A program made the translations under genes and the position numbers. DNA of 64,000 nucleotides. It comes from a virus. Lineage: Duplodnaviria > Caudoviricetes. The stretch is taken from positions 1-64,000 of the IMG/VR virus record IMGVR_UViG_3300033463_000011, one strand, 5' to 3'. Under the pieces are notes generated by a model. That model was not told where the DNA came from and made no database searches. It was given only the letters and a program-made list of their open reading frames with translations. This document shows positions 9,384 to 19,550 of the stretch, in pieces (the first letter of the stretch is position 1; each line of letters opens with the position of its first letter).

Positions 9384-9614
9384 ATGTCAAAAATAATTCT
9401 TAAAGAGATTTCAAAGGGCATATGCCGTTGGTTTTGTGATAATTGTAATCAACGAATTGACGGAGTATCTGAAAATCTTTTCAGCAGACCTCTTATTGAT
9501 AAATGTCCTCATTGTAATTCGGTATTTTCTGACTACGAATTATGCAAGAGTCGAATTGATATGCAAAATAAGGTTTTTTCTGAATTTGGCATTGTTAATC
9601 CGGATAAGAAGTGA
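9384..9614 (+). CDS. Zn-ribbon protein, paralog of 1634..1879
   Basis: Shared core. Confidence 0.8.
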   Translation: MSKIILKEISKGICRWFCDNCNQRIDGVSENLFSRPLIDKCPHCNSVFSDYELCKSRIDMQNKVFSEFGIVNPDKK

Positions 9615-9625
9615 GGTAGATTGAT

Positions 9626-9874
9626 ATGAAGATAGTAATTGATATAGAAGAAGGTAGATATAACTGGATTATGTCCCACGCATCAAATCATCCCAATGAT
9701 TATGCCAATACTACAGATTTGGTTTTCCGCAAGGCAGTAGAATCGGGAACAGTTCTCCCAAAAGGATACGGAGATTTAATTGACCGTGATGTTGCTAATG
9801 AAGAACTTAGTGATATAAGTCATGGAGATGATTTATTGAGATACGTCCCTACTGTAATAAAAGCAGATAAGTGA
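9626..9874 (+). CDS. MKIVIDI-family protein
   Basis: LPKGYGDLID...PTVIKADK. Confidence 0.8.
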   Translation: MKIVIDIEEGRYNWIMSHASNHPNDYANTTDLVFRKAVESGTVLPKGYGDLIDRDVANEELSDISHGDDLLRYVPTVIKADK

Positions 9875-9885
9875 GGTAGATTGAT

Positions 9886-10083
9886 ATGACAGATATGGAA
9901 AAGTTTATGAAACTCTTTGATGAAATCGGTATTAAGTATGAAGTAAATGGTAATACTATTTATATTGATGATTTTGAATGTGATGGCTCAGAAGAATTAG
10001 GTATTTCATTCTGGGACGGGGAAGATTATCCCGAAGGAAGTTATCACGAATTTTGGGTAGTTCCCGGATGCTTTAAGAGGTAG
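9886..10083 (+). CDS. Acidic hypothetical cassette gene
   Basis: Between linkers; stops on the linker TAG. Confidence 0.75.
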   Translation: MTDMEKFMKLFDEIGIKYEVNGNTIYIDDFECDGSEELGISFWDGEDYPEGSYHEFWVVPGCFKR

Positions 10084-10089
10084 ATTGAT

Positions 10090-10317
10090 ATGACATACAC
10101 AAAAGCACAGTATAAAAGAGCATTTGAAATTGCTTGTGATTTGCTTAATGGTAATAATCTTTATGGCATAGACGACGACAAGTTATTTGCTTTAATTATG
10201 CAAGAATACGAGGTAGTTTCTGCTTTTGAGTACCAAAAATTCATTTTGGAACATCTTGATAGGTTTGCTGACAATGAGGAAGTCAGGTTTAAGGCTATCG
10301 AGAGATTTGGTTGGTGA
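10090..10317 (+). CDS. Hypothetical cassette gene
   Basis: Between linkers. Confidence 0.75.
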   Translation: MTYTKAQYKRAFEIACDLLNGNNLYGIDDDKLFALIMQEYEVVSAFEYQKFILEHLDRFADNEEVRFKAIERFGW

Positions 10318-10328
10318 GGTAGATTGAT

Positions 10329-10541
10329 ATGGAAGGCATTGAAAAAGGAATCCGGTGGGAAGTGATAGATTGGAGAAGTCCTACTGATATTACTATCTAT
10401 GATCTTCAAGGAAATGTATTACATACAGAGAAGTATCAATGGATGCACGAACCTATCTTTGGACCTGATATTGATGATTGTCAGGAGATAGATAAGATAT
10501 TGGATAGCTTAATTAAGAAGTACGGTAAAGACGATAATTGA
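10329..10541 (+). CDS. Hypothetical cassette gene
   Basis: Between linkers. Confidence 0.75.
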   Translation: MEGIEKGIRWEVIDWRSPTDITIYDLQGNVLHTEKYQWMHEPIFGPDIDDCQEIDKILDSLIKKYGKDDN

Positions 10542-10557
10542 ATTGAGGTAGATTGAT

Positions 10558-10758
10558 ATGGAAGATAAGATTATACGAGCACCTTTTACTTCAGAAGAGC
10601 CATTTATATTAAAAGCGATGGCAGGGTGCAATAGTAAGTTAGATAGGTACGAGAAGATAGAGCAAATAATTAGTGAATACAAAAGACAGCCAAGTGGAAA
10701 CGTATTCACTAATGATAAGTATTTCAGAAGAATACTTGAAGTGTTTGAGGTAGATTGA
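10558..10758 (+). CDS. Hypothetical cassette gene
   Basis: Between linkers. Confidence 0.75.
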   Translation: MEDKIIRAPFTSEEPFILKAMAGCNSKLDRYEKIEQIISEYKRQPSGNVFTNDKYFRRILEVFEVD

Positions 10759-10771
10759 GAGGACAAGAAGA

Positions 10772-10954
10772 ATGACAATAAAACACATAGCGTTGAAACG
10801 ATGGCAATATCGATACTTTCCAAATTTGGGGCAACTTGCTGTCTTCTGCCCATATTGTGATGTCAACGTAAACGTGATGTTAGACCAAGATTTAGAGTTT
10901 CAATATTGTCCGTATTGTGGTGAAGAAGTAGATATAAGTAAGGTTGAAGAATAA
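10772..10954 (+). CDS. Zn-ribbon protein
   Basis: CPYC...YCPYCG. Confidence 0.75.
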   Translation: MTIKHIALKRWQYRYFPNLGQLAVFCPYCDVNVNVMLDQDLEFQYCPYCGEEVDISKVEE

Positions 10955-11175
10955 TGGAATGGATAGCAGAACATAACATACCGATAATAGATATTAACTA
11001 TGATACAAAATCTTGTCAGATCAACTATCATGGAAGGACTTACGGCTGCCCGATAAGACAGCATAATGGCGAGTGGTATTTCAGTTTTGACGATAGGTGC
11101 GTCTGGTATCTAGTTAAATAATGTTGAATCGTTATAATAACTGAATATCAATAATCCTAAAGGAGGTAAGATTGT

Positions 11176-12069
11176 ATGTTATTTAAAGATTTAAACGTAG
11201 GTGATGTATTTAAACTTATTAAAGGTGATGCTACATTTATTAAGATTAATGCAGTAAATGACAATGAGTATCCATTTAAGAGATATTATAATTACCCATC
11301 TAATATACTTATATTAGATAGATTGCACTACGGGGTACTTTCTCCTATGGCAGAAGTTTACCGTGTTAAAGAATATCACGGAAAAGAGCAGGAGAAGACT
11401 CCATTAAAGGAGCTTCTTGAGAAGCATCAATCTGATATTCACAAACAGAACTTTATGACATATGGCGGAGTCCCTTATGACAAAATATCAAAGGATGCAC
11501 TGCATTATGCTGAAGCCGATGTAAGAAACACCATGGCTTTCCTTGAGATGTGTCAGGAATATCAGAAAGTATCATTTCCCGGTATGAAGAAAGTGATCTT
11601 TAATGACCCTGCTACTATTGTAATTTGGGGTGATGGTTCCAAGACAGTAGTTAAATGTCAGAACGGAGAGAAGTTTGACAAAGAAAAAGGACTTGCTCTC
11701 TGTTATATGAAGAAGGCTCTCGGTAATAAGAGTAACTTCAACAATGTCTTTAAAGAATGGATTAAACCTGAAGTTACCGCAGTTTATGATGAAAGCCACC
11801 CTGAACTCGGAATACAGGATATACCTTCGAAGAATAAGACGGTATATCCTGGTGATATATGCAGAATTACAGCGAATGATTTGACTTTCATTCATCAGTA
11901 TATGCAGGACAATAGTATAACTGATCAGAAGATAGCAGATGGTTCAGGACTGTCTATTAGAACAGTAAAGCGGGCCTTATCTGGATGCCCCGTCTTAAAG
12001 CCTACAATATCAAAGATTAGTAAATATTTTGATTTCCCTATTGACACTACAAGATATGCAGAGGATTAA
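11176..12069 (+). CDS. Phage protein with central conserved domain and C-terminal HTH
   Basis: KKVIFNDPATIVIWGDGSKTVVKC...DKEKGLA; XRE-like QKIADGSGLSIRTVKR. Confidence 0.65.
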   Translation: MLFKDLNVGDVFKLIKGDATFIKINAVNDNEYPFKRYYNYPSNILILDRLHYGVLSPMAEVYRVKEYHGKEQEKTPLKELLEKHQSDIHKQNFMTYGGVPYDKISKDALHYAEADVRNTMAFLEMCQEYQKVSFPGMKKVIFNDPATIVIWGDGSKTVVKCQNGEKFDKEKGLALCYMKKALGNKSNFNNVFKEWIKPEVTAVYDESHPELGIQDIPSKNKTVYPGDICRITANDLTFIHQYMQDNSITDQKIADGSGLSIRTVKRALSGCPVLKPTISKISKYFDFPIDTTRYAED

Positions 12070-12476
12070 GATATGAGTGGTGCGGAAGAATGACAATATA
12101 TAAGGCACAGATTAAAGATAAGACATATTATTACGGTGATAAACCATTGCGTATTATATCCATAATTATTCACGCTATAGAATTAGGACTTATTATTTAT
12201 TTGCTTGTGAGGTGAAAATGTATAATCAGAAATTAATAAGAACATTAGAAGATAGATTTGATAAGTTACAGGCATATCTTTTCAGATCATTTGATGGAGA
12301 AGATCTGTATTCTTTTATTGCATCCATTATATATGATAAGGACTATGAAGATTGTTGCGAATGGAAGAATGGAAAACCTAACATACAAGGTAAAGAACTT
12401 CGTGATCGGGTAAAACAGTTTCTTATTCCTGTTGTAGAAGAATGCGGGGGCATTTCAGAAAGTGTGGAAGATTGAT

Positions 12477-12782
12477 ATGCAGATAGTAATTGATATTGAT
12501 GAGAATGTATTTACAAGGCTGTTTGACAATGGTGTTGATACAAGTTCGGAAGACAGGGATGCTATTGATAGAGCAGTTCGTAATGGCATAGTTCTGCCTA
12601 AAGGGCACGGAAGACTGATAGATGCAGATAAGATACTGTACTTTAGGTGTTCTAATAATGTTTTAGACTGTCCAGAATCTTACGACTTTATTTGTCAGCA
12701 TTGTGAGTACGGAGTTGCAAGTAAATTTCGAATTGATGAAATGAATACGATCATTGAAGCAGATAATAGTGAGGAAGACTGA
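12477..12782 (+). CDS. MKIVIDI-family protein
   Basis: MQIVIDI...LPKGHGRLIDAD...IIEAD. Confidence 0.8.
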   Translation: MQIVIDIDENVFTRLFDNGVDTSSEDRDAIDRAVRNGIVLPKGHGRLIDADKILYFRCSNNVLDCPESYDFICQHCEYGVASKFRIDEMNTIIEADNSEED

Positions 12783-13251
12783 TATGACACTATTAGAGCA
12801 ATTAGTTACCAATTCTGGTGAAACCCTAGTTATAAACAAAGACATGGATGATAACTTTGTTGTATGGATTGATAAATGTGATGTGTATAACAATCCTGGT
12901 GCATTAGGTGCAGGCGGTAGAGGGAAAACTGTTGAACAGGCAGTTAAAGATTATATACAGAAGATCAGCGGCAAGACCTTGGTGTTTAATTATGGTACTG
13001 AAAGCGAAAGATTTGCCAAGTTCATATGTATATTTGATGAGGAAGATTGATATGAAAACTAAAGATCAGATACAAAATGAGACAGATGGGGTAGTAATTG
13101 AATCGTCAAAATTTAGTGGATTCAACCCATTTGACGGAGAAGGATATTATCACGATGGCGAAATAGAAACTGATATCTGTGTATGGGACGATTTGAGCCT
13201 ATTAAAGAAATATCCATATGTATGTTGGTATAATAAGTGAGGCAGATTGAT

Positions 13252-13650
13252 ATGAACGACGTAGATAAAGCCTATAATGCTGGATATATTGCAGCACTTG
13301 TAATGGCTAAAGCACATCATATGAAAGTGGTAGGGCAGTGGGATTTTTGCAATCCAGATGAGTATGTGGGTCATATTTCCGAAGCGGAGCTGTTGGCACT
13401 GAAAGAATCTGCACATATTCCGTATTGTTCTATCTGTGGGAAGCCTGCTTTATTTCAAGCAATAGATAACGACAAGTACCTTTATGCACTGTCAGATTAT
13501 TGCCCAAGTTGCGGTGCAATATTAAATCCAGAAATTGCCAATAAAAATCCAGAAGATTCTATTAAAGAGCAGGTGTCTGAGATTCAGGATGTTTATAACC
13601 ATATGCACAGTGATTTGGGGACTGCTCTTGAGTCCGATGAGGTAGATTGA
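13252..13650 (+). CDS. Zn-ribbon protein
   Basis: CSICG...YCPSCGA; starts in linker B variant. Confidence 0.75.
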   Translation: MNDVDKAYNAGYIAALVMAKAHHMKVVGQWDFCNPDEYVGHISEAELLALKESAHIPYCSICGKPALFQAIDNDKYLYALSDYCPSCGAILNPEIANKNPEDSIKEQVSEIQDVYNHMHSDLGTALESDEVD

Positions 13651-13851
13651 TATGAGTGATACCGAAAGAATCCGACTACTCGAAGAAACTATTTTGTTAC
13701 TGATTAAGGGTGTAGATATACATTGCATGCAGTTTGATAATAGAGGTTTATCTGCGGATCAACAAGATATTCTTATGAAAAATATCGCAACACTCTCCAT
13801 TGATTCCAAACGAGTTATTGATGAGGAAGATTGATCTGACAGGAGAAGAAA

Positions 13852-14184
13852 ATGGATAGACTACATAATTGTCCTAATTGTGGTGGATACCTTAATGACC
13901 AGGGTAGATGTGAATTTTGCGGTTCCAAGGTTTATGATCTCTGTGATATTGATTTAGCACTTGATCCTACAAAATCCCCTAAGAAGACATATCTGCGAAT
14001 AAAGACAGATAAGGGAATTTGGACTGTTCCAGTATTTGCCGATACTATGAGTGTATCTACCCATACCTCTTATTTAGATTCTACGTTAGGGTTGACTCCA
14101 ACTTATGTATCTTGCCCAGCATACTCAGAAATTGACTTACATTTCTATGCTGTGGGTGAGGGCGTTTTCGAATCGGAGGAATAA
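13852..14184 (+). CDS. Double Zn-ribbon protein
   Basis: CPNCGG...CEFCGS. Confidence 0.75.
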   Translation: MDRLHNCPNCGGYLNDQGRCEFCGSKVYDLCDIDLALDPTKSPKKTYLRIKTDKGIWTVPVFADTMSVSTHTSYLDSTLGLTPTYVSCPAYSEIDLHFYAVGEGVFESEE

Positions 14185-14476
14185 TATGGAAGAACTTATC
14201 CACGCATTAGAGCAGGGCAAGCCTGACTATGACGGTGAAGACGTTAATTATGATGTTGCCACAATTAATAGTGCTATATTTTACTTAAAACAACTTCAAA
14301 AAATTAAGGGTTATCTTGAATTGGCTGTTAAAGATAGTGATAAATTTAAGCAGCAGTATGCTGAGATAGCTGAACATACGCATAATTTCAATGATTTATA
14401 CAAATCCAAAATATTTGAGGGTATGGCAGAAGCTTATTCAAATATTCTTGAAAGGTATTTTAAGGAGTAAAAATTT

Positions 14477-14764
14477 ATGTTATCGCAGGACGACGCAAAA
14501 TTAAGGCTCGAAAAGAATATCCGTAACTATAGATGGTTGCAGGAAAATAAAGTGACTGAGGATCTATCTGGGTTAGATGATAGGATTGACGCCTGTCTGA
14601 TCGCTGTAGATGCTATTGGTAAGTTGCAGAAAATCCAGAAGATAGTAGATGAATTTAATTCAACCCGTGATAGCTCGCCTATGGTAGAAAGCGCCTATGC
14701 AGAGTATACCAAAATCGAAAAAGTGGAATGTTTTGATCAGATATTGGATCTTTTTAAGGAGTAA
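14477..14764 (+). CDS. Hypothetical flanked by 13-bp direct repeat
   Basis: TTTTAAGGAGTAA at 14458 and 14752. Confidence 0.7.
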   Translation: MLSQDDAKLRLEKNIRNYRWLQENKVTEDLSGLDDRIDACLIAVDAIGKLQKIQKIVDEFNSTRDSSPMVESAYAEYTKIEKVECFDQILDLFKE

Positions 14765-15425
14765 TAATTATGCGAGTAGAATACTGGATCAATGATAATG
14801 GTTGGACACAAGTTGATCAGAAAACTTATGCCGCATTTGACGGAGAAAAAGAACATCGACCTTCTACCTGGAGATTGATGCTTGCCCAAGCTATGCTGCA
14901 GAAGTACAGATATATGTGAGGAATGAGGTAACTGGACGGTAAGGTAGATTGATAACGGAGATTTGTATTGATATGAGCATATATGCATTTACTCGACCAG
15001 ACCAAATGGTTGATCATAAATTTACAGATGATGTAGCTATTTGTGAAGCAGATTCTGTAGAAGAAGCAAAGATAAAATTCAGCGGATTATACGCAGATGT
15101 CGAAGATGATGAGATTTCAGTGATCAATTTTGATCTCAATAGTACTGGCGTAGTAGTGCTTACTGATTATTAAAGAAAGCGAGATAAAAATGATGTCAGA
15201 TCCGGTAATGATAACATTAATCATTTGTTTTACAGTTATATTCATCAGCTTGATTGCTGCAGTAGTTATTCGGTGGATATGTGTTATACTGCTGAATTCC
15301 CGAATGCAAAAATCTACATTAGATGATGAATATTTGACAGTCGAAGAATTCCAAGAATATGAGAACATAGTTTCTGATATTGTCAAAAGCTTGGAAGATA
15401 AAATAGATAAGAAGGATAAGTAAAA

Positions 15426-15779
15426 ATGTACGATCTCTATTCTCCTTTTGACATTGAACAACATAAGAAAAATTTTGTTAACTATCTCGAAGTGGTTATC
15501 TTTCCAGACGGACATATTGAATATGCCATTCCTTCACATCAGGAGAAATTGATTGCTGTTTGTATGGAAGATCTTGGAATAACAAGAGAAGAATTGAATA
15601 AAAGATGTCCGAAGGAATATTATTTTGATTTTATGACCTGGCTCTGCAATGTTTCTCATTGTGTATCTGTTTGGAATGAATATATTGTTAAATCAGATAC
15701 GGTTCCGTTAACTCAAGAACAAAGAAATACTATTTATGATTTAGAGAATGAAGGATTACTCCGTTTGAATCGTTATTGA
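15426..15779 (+). CDS. Hypothetical phage protein
   Basis: YLEVVIFPDGHIEYAIPSHQEKL; SD. Confidence 0.7.
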   Translation: MYDLYSPFDIEQHKKNFVNYLEVVIFPDGHIEYAIPSHQEKLIAVCMEDLGITREELNKRCPKEYYFDFMTWLCNVSHCVSVWNEYIVKSDTVPLTQEQRNTIYDLENEGLLRLNRY

Positions 15780-15806
15780 ATGTATAAAATTGTTAGGAGA
15801 CACGAT

Positions 15807-17720
15807 ATGAATAGTACAGAACGAAGAGCAAAGATACTTGAAGCATCACAAGCATATTACACAGACGGAACTTCTCCTTTGACTGATGCAGAATTTGATG
15901 CTTTGCTTGAAGAAGAAAGAAAAGAAAATCCTAATTCCGATTTGCTAGATGTAGGACATGGATTTGATGTCAATTTAGTATCAGGTAAAAAGTTTCCTCA
16001 TAAGTACGGCATAGTAGGAAGTTTACCTAAATGCCACAATTGGAGTGAATTTCCTAAGTCCTTGAAAGGTATTAAAATTGCTACAACGCTTAAATTAGAC
16101 GGCATTAGTTGTGTTATGTATTACAACAACGGATTAATGTATCAGGCACTCACAAGAGGTACTGACGGCGTAGGTATTGATATTACTGATAAGGTACAGA
16201 AGATTGTACCTAATTATTTCAGAATCCCTAATTCAGAATTTACCGGTGCAGTCAGAGGTGAAATTCTGATGCCTTACTCCGAATATGAAAAATTCTTAGC
16301 TGTTCATGAAGATGCAAAGAATCCAAGAAATACAACCTCTGGATTAATCGGTATGAAAGAAATAAGCGAAGATTTGAAGTATCTTCGAATAATCGTCTAT
16401 ACTGTAATTGGTATTGAATCCAAGCAAACGTATCCATTTCCTTTATATCCTTTCACAGATTATTATTCAATGCATGATTGGCTTGTAGATAATTTTGGGA
16501 AAGATAATGTAGTTCATATTGGTAAATCTGTATTTGATTCTGAAAATGAATTTACAAAGAATATGGAATTCAGAAGAAGTATATGGTATGACGAATATCC
16601 GGCAGACGGTATCGTTATTACTGCAAATGATATCAAATTTGAATCTGCTGCCCAAGGAACTACGGTTGAATATGAAGCAACTGCATTTAAATTCCCTGCT
16701 GAAACAAAGATAACAACCATTACAGGAATTGAATGGAATTTGAGCAAAACAAAATGTCTTATCCCAACCATTTTAGTTGAACCAATTGAACTTTCGGGAG
16801 TTACAGTAAGTAGAGCTGCAGGCTGTAATGCAAAGATGGTCTTAGATAAAAAGTGGGGGATAGGCGCGAAAGTTAAAATAACTCGCTCAGGCGAAGTAAT
16901 TCCCGTACTCGAGGAGACAATTATACCTTCAAATCCTGAATTTCCGACAGTTTGCCCATCATGCGGGGCGGAGTTAGTTTGGGAAGGTGTTCATCTTAAA
17001 TGCCCTAATCCTGAATGTAAAGATATGAAAATTCAAGATTTGTTAGTTTGGTGCAATAATATCGCACCTATTGACGGTTTAGGAGATACTTTGAAAATAA
17101 AGTTCTTCGAAGAATTGCATAACAATTATATCAAAGACAGTTTTCATAAGCAATTTGAAATTTCTATAGAAGGTGTTTATGATTATAATGAAACAATCAT
17201 TGCTAAAGGAGTCCAAGAAAAATTGTTTGCTCACATGCTTTATGATTTGAAGCATAATGAAGTTTCAATTGCATCTGCACTTAAAGCACTAAATATTCCT
17301 CGATTAGGCGATGCTACTGCTGATTTATTATCTCATTATCCTGATGATATCAATAAGTTGATTACAGGAATTATGCCAGAAAATCTTGCATATAAACTTG
17401 GAAATGCAAATGCAGAATCAATTTCACGGAACATTAAAAAATTTGCAAGATTAAATTATATTAAATCAAATTTAGTTTATTGCGATACTTCTAACAATAA
17501 TTCCAGAATTAAAGTAGCAATAACAGGCTCATTAAGCGTTTCGAGAAAAGATTTTGAGAAATTGCTCAACGACAATGGCTTTGTTCTTGGAGATATAACT
17601 AAAGATACAAAATACTTAATTACAAATGAGCTATCAAATAGTTCTAAATCTAAGAAAGCAACAGCAATGAACATTCCTGTTATTAGTGAAGAAGACTTTA
17701 GATCGAAATACAACATCTAG
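15807..17720 (+). CDS. ligA: NAD-dependent DNA ligase
   Basis: YY...D.EFD domain Ia, KLDG adenylation motif, RGE, AFKF, OB fold, Zn finger, HhH, BRCT. Confidence 0.95.
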   Translation: MNSTERRAKILEASQAYYTDGTSPLTDAEFDALLEEERKENPNSDLLDVGHGFDVNLVSGKKFPHKYGIVGSLPKCHNWSEFPKSLKGIKIATTLKLDGISCVMYYNNGLMYQALTRGTDGVGIDITDKVQKIVPNYFRIPNSEFTGAVRGEILMPYSEYEKFLAVHEDAKNPRNTTSGLIGMKEISEDLKYLRIIVYTVIGIESKQTYPFPLYPFTDYYSMHDWLVDNFGKDNVVHIGKSVFDSENEFTKNMEFRRSIWYDEYPADGIVITANDIKFESAAQGTTVEYEATAFKFPAETKITTITGIEWNLSKTKCLIPTILVEPIELSGVTVSRAAGCNAKMVLDKKWGIGAKVKITRSGEVIPVLEETIIPSNPEFPTVCPSCGAELVWEGVHLKCPNPECKDMKIQDLLVWCNNIAPIDGLGDTLKIKFFEELHNNYIKDSFHKQFEISIEGVYDYNETIIAKGVQEKLFAHMLYDLKHNEVSIASALKALNIPRLGDATADLLSHYPDDINKLITGIMPENLAYKLGNANAESISRNIKKFARLNYIKSNLVYCDTSNNNSRIKVAITGSLSVSRKDFEKLLNDNGFVLGDITKDTKYLITNELSNSSKSKKATAMNIPVISEEDFRSKYNI

Positions 17721-17746
17721 TCATCCATATTTTTCTTATCCTTTCA

Positions 17747-17789
17747 GCGAAAACCTCACCACTTACTCCCTTAGGTGAGGTTTTTGCGT
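17747..17789 (+). terminator. Hairpin terminator after ligA
   Basis: AAAACCTCACC...GGTGAGGTTTTT. Confidence 0.7.
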
Positions 17790-17834
17790 GATTTACTAAC
17801 CTTATATATTTCTATATTCTAAGGAGGTTTTTCC

Positions 17835-18791
17835 ATGCCTGATGATATAGAACGTAAAGTAAAATTTAGCGATTTACCTTCGGCTACTTCTGTTGATAGC
17901 ACTAATCGTACGCTATTAGTTCAAGGTGTTGGCGGTGGAGAAATTACTAAAACTACAACAGTTGAAAATATAAGTAACTACATAGTTAAAGATGCACAGT
18001 ATCCTGAATTAACTACAACAAATAAAAAGATAATCGCAGCTATAAATGAGGCGGCTACTAGCGGAACAGAAATTCTGTGTGGTACATCTGCACCTACATC
18101 TTCGCAAGGAGAGAACAATAATCTTTATATTCAGTATACCGCTGGAGTTGGTGGAGCATCTGATGTTGTAGATGCATTGTTTGTAAAATTAGACGGGGCT
18201 TGGTGTTCCATTGATGTTGGTGGTGGTTCAGAAGCATTAAACGATTTAACAGATGTAAGTGCAGCATCTCCGTCAAACAATGAAGTAGTTATGTGGGATA
18301 GCGATAATAATAATTGGGAGAATAAACCAATATACATAGGAAACGACATAACTTATGGAAACATACAAGATGTAGTTATAGATGATTTATCATTGTTTGA
18401 TAGACAGACACTTCTATTTAACGGAGATGATTCGGTCTGGGAGAATGGTACTCTTTGTTTAGGTCATACTAACATGTCATCGGATTTTGATGACGTATAT
18501 CTAACTCAGACAATAGCAAATAAAGATCTTCTCATTTATGATTCTACAAATAATAGATGGGCGAATAGCCAGTTATATCGAGAAATAACTGGAACACTTA
18601 CAATAGGATCAACTTCAGTAGTTTTAACAAATACTTACACCGATGTAACTGTAGCAAATGCTTCATTAGAGGTCTTTACAGATACTTTTGGTGTAAACCC
18701 TACTGATATTGCTATTAGTGGAGATAATATATCTTTAACTTTTGAAGCACAATCTTCAACAGTTAATGTGAAAGTGAGGCTGTGGAAATGA
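17835..18791 (+). CDS. Tail fibre-like virion protein
   Basis: L.DL.DV...W.N repeats; C-terminal domain shared with 38612 ORF. Confidence 0.7.
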   Translation: MPDDIERKVKFSDLPSATSVDSTNRTLLVQGVGGGEITKTTTVENISNYIVKDAQYPELTTTNKKIIAAINEAATSGTEILCGTSAPTSSQGENNNLYIQYTAGVGGASDVVDALFVKLDGAWCSIDVGGGSEALNDLTDVSAASPSNNEVVMWDSDNNNWENKPIYIGNDITYGNIQDVVIDDLSLFDRQTLLFNGDDSVWENGTLCLGHTNMSSDFDDVYLTQTIANKDLLIYDSTNNRWANSQLYREITGTLTIGSTSVVLTNTYTDVTVANASLEVFTDTFGVNPTDIAISGDNISLTFEAQSSTVNVKVRLWK

Positions 18792-19540
18792 CTTGGTTTA
18801 GATGTCAAAATGGAAACGGTGGCGGAGGTGGCGAAGTTTATGCCGATATACATCCAGTATTAACCGGCGGAATAATATCAAATACTTCTGGATTTCAGAC
18901 CGCTACTTTCCCAGATGTATCAGCTTATACGTACATATATATTAATATATATGAACCTTATGACATATATCAACCCAATACGGATAGAAAATACGATTAT
19001 GATAGATGTTCCGCACAAATTGTTAAGGTATCTGATCTTGGGAATAATACTCTATCTCTTAGAACCAAACACTTGTGGGGTTCTGCAACTGTCTATTATA
19101 ATTTGACTAAAACATCTATAACATGTACGGATAGCTATAATAAGTATCATTATATCTATGCTGATATAATTGCTACAAATGATCCTATTGAACTTGGGGG
19201 TGGTGGTCCTACAATATTCCCAATTATTAAGAACGAGTTGATTTCGGATACTACTGGATATAAGACCGTTAATTTTCCAGACATATCTGCTTATACTTAT
19301 ATCTATGTATTTGTTACAGAAGGAAATACGACATTAGTTGCTACCCAAAACGCAAATAGATCGGTTTGTTTAACTGTAGCTGATATCGGAAATCCTTCGA
19401 CTTTTGCACTCGGATACTATTGGGATAGCGGAAATATTTCTATAAGTATTACAAAGACTTCTGTAACATGCAATAGCTATTCAAACCCTTATCGAAATAT
19501 CTATTGTACTATTATCGCAACTAACACATTAATACAGTAA
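18788..19540 (+). CDS. Virion protein with two tandem repeats
   Basis: Repeated IS.T.G..T..FPD.SAYTYIY...TKTS.TC.SY. Confidence 0.6.
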   Translation: MTWFRCQNGNGGGGGEVYADIHPVLTGGIISNTSGFQTATFPDVSAYTYIYINIYEPYDIYQPNTDRKYDYDRCSAQIVKVSDLGNNTLSLRTKHLWGSATVYYNLTKTSITCTDSYNKYHYIYADIIATNDPIELGGGGPTIFPIIKNELISDTTGYKTVNFPDISAYTYIYVFVTEGNTTLVATQNANRSVCLTVADIGNPSTFALGYYWDSGNISISITKTSVTCNSYSNPYRNIYCTIIATNTLIQ

Positions 19541-19550
19541 GGAATACGAT

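Larger units (their letters stand above)
8194..13838 (+). repeat. Linker B, GAGGTAGATTGATATG; exact at 8194, 8882, 9371, 9613, 9873, 10077, 10316, 10545, 13639; variants at 8474, 8728, 9157, 10747, 12464, 12771, 13039, 13239, 13823
   Basis: 16-mer at most gene junctions of this interval. Confidence 0.95.
1..15779 (+). other. Accessory region of about 60 short co-oriented ORFs (many CxxC...CPxCG Zn-ribbons) joined by repeated linkers
   Basis: Abutting 45-140 aa ORFs, each with an SD; recurring junction sequences. Confidence 0.9.

Noticed and set aside
8194-13838. Linker B as a CRISPR array
   Set aside because: Repeats are 16 nt, spacing is irregular and gene-sized, each interval is an ORF, and no cas genes are present.
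93-13838. Classical integron with attC sites
   Set aside because: Linkers are not palindromic, lack RYYYAAC/GTTRRRY ends, and no tyrosine integrase is visible.
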